Shown: positions 1-6,806 of the stretch, in pieces
Position numbering within the stretch: the stretch's first letter is position 1
Layout: every line of letters starts with the position of its first letter
Source: Acidobacteriota bacterium
GTDB lineage: Bacteria > Acidobacteriota > UBA6911 > JACQSX01
DNA: 13,827 nucleotides
Assembly: GCA_036507075.1 (NCBI GenBank)
Contig: DASXQR010000040.1
Location: 1 to 13,827 of the forward strand
Direction of reading: 5' to 3'
The notes under the pieces: model-generated
Database searches by the model: none
Told to the model about the DNA's origin: nothing
The model's input: the letters and a program-made list of their open reading frames with translations, nothing else
Made by a program: the position numbers and the translations under genes

Positions 1-2423
1 CCCCGAATTTCATGCTGCACTCCCAGATTGAACTGCTGGGAATACCCGCTGCGCCGGCTCCGCTCATAAAAAGTCACCGCTGTGGTCGCCGCCCGACCGA
101 CCTCAACCGCCCCGAAGCCGGGCGTCAGAGCCGCGCCTGTCAACTGCACAGGCGGCACTCCATCTTTGAGCAGGAACGGCGCCGTGATTCCGTTGTCAGG
201 CGTCTGCAGATTGGCAGAGCGCTCAAACCCTAAAGCGGCAGAGGCCGGAGCGCCATGATCGAAGGGATGCGCAAAGAACACTCCCCCTCCGCCGCGAATC
301 ACCGTCTTCTTGCTGCCGAACGGCCGCCACGCGAATCCGACACGAGGACCAAAGTTATTCCAGTCCGGCTCGGCACTGCTGTCAGGCCAGCCGTCCACTC
401 CCGAAAACCGTACCACACCGGGAGTTTTAGAAACAGGATTGATGGCCGTCGCATCAAAGCCGTTCATTCTTTGATTGCGGTCCGTCATCGGCGTATCCAC
501 CTCCCATCGCAATCCAATGTTCAGCGTCAGGTTTGGATGGACCTTCCAATCGTCCTGGACGAAACCGGCCAAATACCAACTGTATCGATCCAGCGCTTCG
601 GTTTCGCGTACGTTGAATGAATTCGGGAAACCGACCAGAAAGCTTGCCAGCCCGAGGCCGGTACCGCTGGTGCCGGGCAGCCCGGTTGGCTGAACGCCGA
701 ATGCAAAGACGCCTGAAATCGAGGGACGGTTCACCTCGAAGTTGGTGGACTTTCGAACTTCGCCTCCCATCTTAAGAAAGTGTTTGCCGTGAAACCAGGT
801 CAGGCTGTCGCCGGTGTGATACTGGCGGATGGGGAACTGCCGACGCTCCTGGGCAGCCGAGCCAATCGACGTTATGCCTGTCACGTTGATCCGTGGAAAG
901 GCTTCGCCCGAAATCCCTTTAAGACCGAGGTCCCGGTCCCACGTCCCTCCCAGACCCATGCTCTTGGCATGATTCTGGCGCGTAGTGAACGTAAACCGCA
1001 GATCATTAATAATGCTCGGACGGAACGCGTATGTCGTGGCGACCAGGATGTTGTGCTGGAATCGATCACGAATGGTGGCGGCGTCGGCGCGCGGATCCGG
1101 CAGCACGCTGGTCTGGGTTATCGGATCCTTGTTGTACATATAGCGCCCGTAAAGATTCCATCTTTGATTGATGACGTGATCGACGCGTGCAGTGACATTG
1201 TCCCGGTCAAAAAGTTCGGTCCAGTTCGCCGCAAAATTATTGGCTCCCGCCGGATTTGACGCCTCGCGGTTCGGCACAGGCCAGAAATTCAAAAGCTTCA
1301 GCGCCACGGGATCGAGCTGGTTGGCAGGAATTCTGTTTCCGGAAAACAGATCGCGCACCGCTCGGCCTGAAACCGTGCGCGTGGTGGACGGATCGTAAAT
1401 CTGAATCACACGGCCGGCCGCGTTCAGCGTTTGCGAAAAGTCTCCGCGCCGCTGCAGTTCGGTCGGGACCGTCATTACCTGCGTAGCACCGACTCGCTGC
1501 CGCGTCACCTCATAGGCGCCGAAAAAGTGCGTCCGGTTTTTCAAGATCGGGCCGCCGATTGTGCCGCCAAAGAGGTTGTAGCGAAGCGGCGGTTTGTCCT
1601 TCTCTCCCGTCCGAGCATCGATGGGCGAAAAGAAGCCGGCCGCATCCAGCGCATCGTTGCGGAAATATTCGAAAAGGCTCCCGTGAAAGTCATTGGTGCC
1701 GGATTTGGTCGTCATGATCACAAGCCCGCCGGCCGAACCGCCATATTCAGCGGAATAGCTGCTGGCCAGGATCTTGAACTCACGCACTGCTTCGACCGGA
1801 GGATCGGTGTCGATCTGGCCGACGCCGAGACGCATGTTTTGGCCGGTTCCGCCGTCGATGGAAAAGTTCTGGCTCTGGGTGCGACCGCCTGCGAGGCTAA
1901 AGTTGGGCTTGGCGTTGCCCGAATAATTAACCCACACCGTGGCGCCGGCAAGCTGCGCCAGGTTCAGCGCGCGACGGCCGTTCAGGGGCATGTCTGAAAC
2001 CGTCTTCGGCTCAATGAGCTGTCCGATGTCCGACGTGCCGGCTTCCAGCAATGGAGCGGCTCCGGAGACAGTGATCGTGTCCTGAACTTCTCCCAGCTCC
2101 AGTTTGAAGTCCAGGACAATCGATTCACTGGTGGCAATGATGATCCCGGTCCTCTGATAGGTGCGAAATCCCGGAAGGGTCGCCGTTACCCGGTAGCGGC
2201 CGGGTTGGAGAAGCGGCATGGCATAACGGCCCTGGTCGTCGGAGACCGTTTGGCGCCTTACACCCGTCTCTTCGTTTTCCACGATCACTTCCACTCCCGG
2301 AACCACCGCGTCGTTCGGGTCTGTGACCGTTCCGGAAATACGCCCCTCGACCGACTGCGCCAGGGCGGCGCCGCATACTGTGCCCGCGATCAAAACAAAC
2401 AGGAGAATGGTCTTGCGGATCAT
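1..2423 (-). CDS. TonB-dependent receptor, Oar-like, with N-terminal carboxypeptidase regulatory-like domain (3' end outside the window)
   Basis: Manual translation from ATG at 2423 (GGAGGGG just upstream): signal peptide MIRKTILLFVLIAGTVCGAALA, then QSVEGRISGTVTDPNDAVVPGVEV...LLQPGRYRVTATLPGF, plug-region motifs MPLNGRRALNLAQL and EAVREFKILASSYSAEYGGSAGG...TKSGTNDFHGSLFEYFRNDALDA. The same frame gives YSQQFNLGVQHEI at the window edge. Both ends and one middle stretch were checked, not every codon. Confidence 0.93.
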   Translation of the reverse strand, partial: MIRKTILLFVLIAGTVCGAALAQSVEGRISGTVTDPNDAVVPGVEVIVENEETGVRRQTVSDDQGRYAMPLLQPGRYRVTATLPGFRTYQRTGIIIATSESIVLDFKLELGEVQDTITVSGAAPLLEAGTSDIGQLIEPKTVSDMPLNGRRALNLAQLAGATVWVNYSGNAKPNFSLAGGRTQSQNFSIDGGTGQNMRLGVGQIDTDPPVEAVREFKILASSYSAEYGGSAGGLVIMTTKSGTNDFHGSLFEYFRNDALDAAGFFSPIDARTGEKDKPPLRYNLFGGTIGGPILKNRTHFFGAYEVTRQRVGATQVMTVPTELQRRGDFSQTLNAAGRVIQIYDPSTTRTVSGRAVRDLFSGNRIPANQLDPVALKLLNFWPVPNREASNPAGANNFAANWTELFDRDNVTARVDHVINQRWNLYGRYMYNKDPITQTSVLPDPRADAATIRDRFQHNILVATTYAFRPSIINDLRFTFTTRQNHAKSMGLGGTWDRDLGLKGISGEAFPRINVTGITSIGSAAQERRQFPIRQYHTGDSLTWFHGKHFLKMGGEVRKSTNFEVNRPSISGVFAFGVQPTGLPGTSGTGLGLASFLVGFPNSFNVRETEALDRYSWYLAGFVQDDWKVHPNLTLNIGLRWEVDTPMTDRNQRMNGFDATAINPVSKTPGVVRFSGVDGWPDSSAEPDWNNFGPRVGFAWRPFGSKKTVIRGGGGVFFAHPFDHGAPASAALGFERSANLQTPDNGITAPFLLKDGVPPVQLTGAALTPGFGAVEVGRAATTAVTFYERSRRSGYSQQFNLGVQHEIR

Positions 2424-2524
2424 GGCCCCTCCAACTTTCGCTCCGAGGAGCGAATTGTTTCCGCCTGAAAAGCGAATCTCGCCAGGGAAAGGAATTGGAT
2501 CTCTCAACTGGGAGAGATTATACG

Positions 2525-2677
2525 AAAAAATCCACCGTGAAGGCGCGAAAGCGCGAAAGCAAAAATTGCTCTAGTCTTCCTAAGTGACCCGGACCGCGAA
2601 CATTGCATTGCTTAGTCCCATTCGAGTAGCCGGGCAATCTCATTTCGCGTTTTCGCGCCTTCGCGGTTCAATTTTTT
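2525..2677. repeat. Inverted-repeat element (REP/MITE-like), 25-bp arms around an 84-bp spacer
   Basis: ACCGTGAAGGCGCGAAAGCGCGAAA (2534-2558) and TTTCGCGTTTTCGCGCCTTCGCGGT (2643-2667) are reverse complements with 2 mismatches. Flanked by AAAAAAT (2525-2531) and ATTTTTT (2671-2677). Confidence 0.8.
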
Positions 2678-2919
2678 GGTTTCTTTATACCTTCCTACCC
2701 TGTGATGAACTCGGCGGACCTGAATCTTCGACCAAATTCAGATAGAATTTACAATGCAGGGGCCGGGTATCATGGCCGTCCGATTTCGGCAAATCGGGTG
2801 TTCCTTGCTTTGGCGCGCTTAAAAGAAACGAATTCCTGCAGGTTTCGTATTTAGTTTCAGTCGAGGCGGCGGCAGGAATCGAAAATCAAGGACTTAAACT
2901 GGAGGACCAAAGCTTTCAC

Positions 2920-5010
2920 ATGAGAGTGGCAATTTGTGCTGTCGTTTTTCTTAGCATTCTTTCTGGCATCATCCCACCTGCGCTTGCGCAGTCACCTGTC
3001 ATCATTACTTATGCAGGGCCTCCTCTCCCGGTGGATGGCGAGCCTGCCACAACGCAGGCCATCGACTTTCCCGCTTCCGTCGTTGGCGACGGAGCCGCCG
3101 GGTTTTATGTTTCAAGTCCGGTTCAGAACCGTGTCTACCGGGTAGCCGCCGACGGAACGATCAGATTATTTGCCGGCGCCGGCACATATGGTTTCAGCGG
3201 TAATGGCGGCCCGGCCGTGGCGGCAGAGTTGGCCCGGCCCACCGGACTGGCACTCGACAGCGGTGGCAATCTATACATTGCAGACTCGGCCAACAACCGA
3301 ATCCGTAAGGTAACAACCGACGGTCTGATCAGCACGGTTGCCGGCAGCGGGTCACCCGGATTTGGCGGCGACGATGGACCGGCCACTTCGGCGCGACTTA
3401 ACAATCCCACGGGCGTGGCGGCCGATTCCGGCGGCAATTTCTACATTGCGGATCTGAGCAATCAGCGCGTCCGCAAAGTGAGCACTGACGGCGTAATCAC
3501 CACGGTGGCAGGCAATGGAGTGGCCGGGTTCAGCGGTGACGACGGACCCGCGGCGGCGGCCCAACTGTCTAATCCGATCGCGGTGGCAGTCGATTCTTCT
3601 GGCAATCTGTACATCGCAGATCTGAGTAATCAGCGAATTCGAAAAGTGAGCGGCAGCGGCGTGATCACGACGGTGGCAGGAAACGGAGAAGGTGGATTTG
3701 CCGGAGATGGCGGGCCGGCGACTTCAGCAGTACTGGCCAATCCTGCCGGCGTGGCGGTCGATTCTTCAGGAAATCTGTACCTGGTAGACTTCGATACCGG
3801 TCGCGCTCGCAAAATTACTTCCGATGGAATTATCAACACTCTGGCGGGCAACGGTTTCGGTGGATTCAGCGGAGACGGTCGTCAAGCCACAACCGCCGAG
3901 TTGGCGCATCCGACTGCCATTGCCGTTGATACCGATGGCAGTGTGTATATCGCAGATTCGGGTAACCATCGGGTCCGCAAGGTTACCAGTGATGGCTTAA
4001 TACGAACGGTGGCGGGCGCTGCGATATCGGCGTCCTTTGCCGGTGATGAGTCGGCGAACTCGGCTCAATTTCACAATCCGGCCGCCCTTGCCGCATTCTC
4101 CGAAGGCGACTTATACGTTGCCGATTCTTTGAACCACAGAATCCGCCGCGTGGTCGCAGACGGAGGGATCGGCACAATCGCCGGACCCGGCTTCCCCGGT
4201 TTTCTGGGCGATGGAGGATTCGCCAGGACGGCTCAACTGGCCACCCCGCAGGGCGTCGCGCTGGACGCTAACGGAAACATTTATGTTGCGGACACGGGAA
4301 ATAATCGGGTGCGCAAAATAGCAGCCGACGGTTTGATCCGCACCGTCGCAGGGAATGGCGCGCGAGGTTTTGCCGGCGACGGCGCGGCGGCAACTTCTGC
4401 CCGATTGAACGCTCCTTCGGGCGTGGTGGTGGATTTTGCCGGGAACATATTCATCGCCGATGCGGGAAATAATCGTATCCGCCAGGTTACTCCTGACGGT
4501 TTGATCCGCACCATCGCCGGGACCGGAACGGCTGGATTCGGTGGTGACGGCGCGCCGGCAGTATCGGCCCAGTTAAGCGGTCCAAGGAGCCTGGCAATAG
4601 ACTCGGGCGGCAATCTGTACATCGCCGACACGGGTAATCACCGTATTCGCGTGATTTCATCAGGCGGCGTGATCCGAACAATTGCAGGCAACGGAATTCC
4701 GAGTTTCGGCGGAGACGGAGGGCCGGCCATTTCAGCCCAACTGTCCGGTCCCAGCGGCGTGGCCGTAGATGCCCAGGCCAACCTTTACATTGCCGACTCC
4801 GGGAATCATCGCATTCGCATGGTAACGCGGGATGGCACGATTGCAACCCTGGCCGGAATCGGGATTCCCGGTTTCAGCGGAGACGGCGGACCACCCCAGC
4901 TTGCCCAACTGGCCAATCCCAAAGGAGTATCGGTCGATCCTGCGGGCAACGTGTATGTCGCTGATTCGGACAACCACCGGGTCCGCAAAGTCATACTTAA
5001 CTTACCTTGA
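2920..5010 (+). CDS. Secreted NHL-repeat protein (12 repeats of ~56 aa; probably two six-bladed beta-propellers)
   Basis: Signal peptide ending ALA-Q. Twelve copies of PxGVAxDxxGNxYIADxxNxRxRKV, mostly followed by TxAGxGxxGFxGDGGPAxxAxL linkers. GGAGG at 2901-2905. Confidence 0.92.
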   Translation: MRVAICAVVFLSILSGIIPPALAQSPVIITYAGPPLPVDGEPATTQAIDFPASVVGDGAAGFYVSSPVQNRVYRVAADGTIRLFAGAGTYGFSGNGGPAVAAELARPTGLALDSGGNLYIADSANNRIRKVTTDGLISTVAGSGSPGFGGDDGPATSARLNNPTGVAADSGGNFYIADLSNQRVRKVSTDGVITTVAGNGVAGFSGDDGPAAAAQLSNPIAVAVDSSGNLYIADLSNQRIRKVSGSGVITTVAGNGEGGFAGDGGPATSAVLANPAGVAVDSSGNLYLVDFDTGRARKITSDGIINTLAGNGFGGFSGDGRQATTAELAHPTAIAVDTDGSVYIADSGNHRVRKVTSDGLIRTVAGAAISASFAGDESANSAQFHNPAALAAFSEGDLYVADSLNHRIRRVVADGGIGTIAGPGFPGFLGDGGFARTAQLATPQGVALDANGNIYVADTGNNRVRKIAADGLIRTVAGNGARGFAGDGAAATSARLNAPSGVVVDFAGNIFIADAGNNRIRQVTPDGLIRTIAGTGTAGFGGDGAPAVSAQLSGPRSLAIDSGGNLYIADTGNHRIRVISSGGVIRTIAGNGIPSFGGDGGPAISAQLSGPSGVAVDAQANLYIADSGNHRIRMVTRDGTIATLAGIGIPGFSGDGGPPQLAQLANPKGVSVDPAGNVYVADSDNHRVRKVILNLP

Positions 5011-5040
5011 TCGGAATGTCACATTGAAGCGATCAATTTT
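5007..5040 (+). terminator. Possible weak intrinsic terminator between convergent genes
   Basis: TTGATCG (5007-5013) pairs with CGATCAA (5030-5036), with an inner AATG/CATT stem, followed by a short T run. The stem is AT-rich and bulged. Confidence 0.3.
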
Positions 5041-5507
5041 CAAGAGAAAGATTTTTCTCGCCTCATACGCCTCAGGGCGGTGGAGTAGAGGGCTCGGAGG
5101 GAGTTGGCTTCGGTAGGATAAACTGCGAGAGTGGCGACCAGCTTCCTGGCGGTGGGACCATCCTTGCTTCCGGCGCGGATAAAATCCGATTTCAACCGCT
5201 CCAGAACCCCCCAACTGTTTTCTGGCTTTGCATTCAGAATGATGATCCCCACGGTTGCCTTGTCGATAATTCCCAGGTAATCGGTCACACGAAGCTGTGT
5301 GCTCAGGAAGTCGGCCAGCTCTTCCAGTGAAGTTTGATCGGCGCCGTAAGATCGGATCAGCAGCAGCGACACATAAAAATGATAGCGCTCCGCGCGCGCC
5401 ACTTCCTGCTCCAGGAAATAAAAAAAATTGTCTCGTTTGATGCAGGGGATCTTCGGTTCCAGGATTGAAAGCAAATCATCCGGGCTACGTTTTGGATCGA
5501 TCAACAT
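5040..5507 (-). CDS. Stand-alone degenerate GGDEF-domain protein (likely catalytically inactive; RxxD I-site retained)
   Basis: GGDEF-fold pattern: RDNFFYFLEQEVARAERYHFYVSLLLI ... LRVTDYLGIIDKATVGIIILNA ... VLERLK ... TLAVYPTEANSLRALYSTALRRMRREK. The GGDEF position reads DKATV, with RVTD five residues upstream. Confidence 0.8.
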   Translation of the reverse strand: MLIDPKRSPDDLLSILEPKIPCIKRDNFFYFLEQEVARAERYHFYVSLLLIRSYGADQTSLEELADFLSTQLRVTDYLGIIDKATVGIIILNAKPENSWGVLERLKSDFIRAGSKDGPTARKLVATLAVYPTEANSLRALYSTALRRMRREKSFS

Positions 5508-5808
5508 GTGCGGACTGAGTCCTGTATTGGGTGACGAAGAACCATAAAACCTAATTGTTTGGACTTCCGATTTATGACGTGACGGCCACTAGTTATCAGG
5601 TCACCCCCCGAGCCTGTGTGAGCGCAGTCACTGCGTAATTTACAGTTCGTCAAACCCTTGTCGCGAACAGCTTTTTTTTGACGTCAGCTCGAGCTACCCA
5701 GCGCGGCGCGCCAAGCCTTGCAGCTCGTGCGCGAACTTCTTCTTAATTCACACTTTCTTCTCGCCGTCACGTAACGCGCCCAGTCGAATGGATCGCTCTC
5801 AGATCACT

Positions 5809-5825
5809 CTGGCACTCGGATTGCT
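5809..5825 (+). promoter_or_regulatory. Sigma-54 (RpoN) -24/-12 promoter
   Basis: CTGGCACTCGGATTGCT matches the consensus YTGGCACGNNNNTTGCW at all defined positions but one, with exact GG-N10-GC spacing. It lies 109 bp upstream of the ATG at 5935. Confidence 0.75.
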
Positions 5826-5934
5826 CTACCTGACCGTCCGGGTGAGAACCCAGCAAAGTCGTTTCGGGCTTTCTTGTGTGCCCGGTGCCGGAAGTCTTAA
5901 CTCTTCCGTGATTGAAGGCGTACGGAGGTCTCGC

Positions 5935-6576
5935 ATGGCGAGTTCGGAGTGGAAGGTCAGGAAATTTCTCAACACCATCGAAGAGAACGGCCGCAGGATC
6001 AAGAACACTCTGGATAATTTCAAATCCGAGCTGGATCTGTTCGGCGCTAAACCGGCCCGCCTGGATGGGATCGCCATGACGGCGGACACAAGCCTACCAT
6101 CGGAAGTCGAGCCGGAGGTAATGGCAATGATAGACAGAAAATTCTTCGGCGATTTTCTGGAGAAAGAACTGTCTCGGTGCGAAAACTACGGTTATCCGCT
6201 TTCCATCATGCGGGTCCAGGTCTGCCGGGAAGATGATGCGGATGAAAACTGCCTGCGCTCAGTGAGCGAAACAGCACTTCAAGAATGTACCAGAAGCCTC
6301 CAATCCTGCATCCGCCGTTCGGACAAACTGACGCAATTGCAGGACGGCGAATTTTTCATCCTGCTGCCGGAGACCGACGAAACGCACAGCCAGTACGTGC
6401 TTCGACGAATCGGAACCAGGCTGAAAGGCGCCAAGCAGTCTTCGTCTGACGCGCCGCTCAGATTTCAGATTGCCTGCGCTTCCTGCAACGATCAGAGCCA
6501 AGTGCAGAGAACCCTGGCAGAGCTCTTGCAATCAAAACCGCTCGCCCCTGAAATCCTGCCTGCGAAGAAGATGTGA
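5935..6576 (+). CDS. Degenerate GGDEF-domain protein with N-terminal amphipathic helix (likely inactive; RxxD I-site retained), 213 aa
   Basis: IDRKFFGDFLEKELSRCENYGYPLSIM ... IRRSDKLTQLQDGEFFILLPETD ... VLRRI. The A-site reads QDGEF, with RRSD five residues upstream. Start placed at ATG 5935 (GGAGG at 5924-5928) rather than the track's 5788. Confidence 0.85.
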   Translation: MASSEWKVRKFLNTIEENGRRIKNTLDNFKSELDLFGAKPARLDGIAMTADTSLPSEVEPEVMAMIDRKFFGDFLEKELSRCENYGYPLSIMRVQVCREDDADENCLRSVSETALQECTRSLQSCIRRSDKLTQLQDGEFFILLPETDETHSQYVLRRIGTRLKGAKQSSSDAPLRFQIACASCNDQSQVQRTLAELLQSKPLAPEILPAKKM

Positions 6577-6588
6577 CAAGACGTGGGA

Positions 6589-6633
6589 AAAAAATCGACG
6601 CCACCGGGACAATCCCGGTGGCGTCGATTTTTT
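6589..6633. terminator. Perfect 21-bp hairpin; probable bidirectional intrinsic terminator (possibly REP-derived)
   Basis: AAAAAATCGACGCCACCGGGA-caa-TCCCGGTGGCGTCGATTTTTT, 12 bp after the stop at 6576. A-tract and T-tract flanks give a U tail on both strands. Confidence 0.75.
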
Positions 6634-6806
6634 CACACATTCCAAGGTTGGTGAGCGCACACGACCTCTAAATGTCCAAACGCCAGGGCCGGCCAGCGGC
6701 CGGCGCTGCAGAGGCCGAAAGTCTGAATTTTTTCAGGCGTGCGAGATTTCAGGCCAAATCTTGAATTGAAATCCCTCAAACCCTCCAATTCGCATATATT
6801 AGATGG

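Noticed and set aside
12..2574. Plus-strand ORFs and short minus-strand ORFs over the receptor gene
   Set aside because: Antisense or off-frame shadows of a GC-rich gene with no recognisable motifs.
2748..2773. Sigma-70 promoter TTTACA...TATCAT for the NHL gene
   Set aside because: The spacer is only 14 bp.
3135..4994. Repetitive minus-strand ORFs and DNA repeats inside the NHL gene
   Set aside because: Fully explained by the ~168-bp coding repeats.
5836..5934. c-di-GMP-I riboswitch in the leader (GNRA hairpin followed by GCAAAGTC)
   Set aside because: The upstream GGCAAAC element and the tetraloop receptor are not recognisable. An Infernal search with RF01051 would be decisive.
5788..5934. 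N-terminal 49 codons of the 262-aa ORF
   Set aside because: No ribosome-binding site, overlaps the sigma-54 promoter, and a strong GGAGG-ATG exists at 5935.
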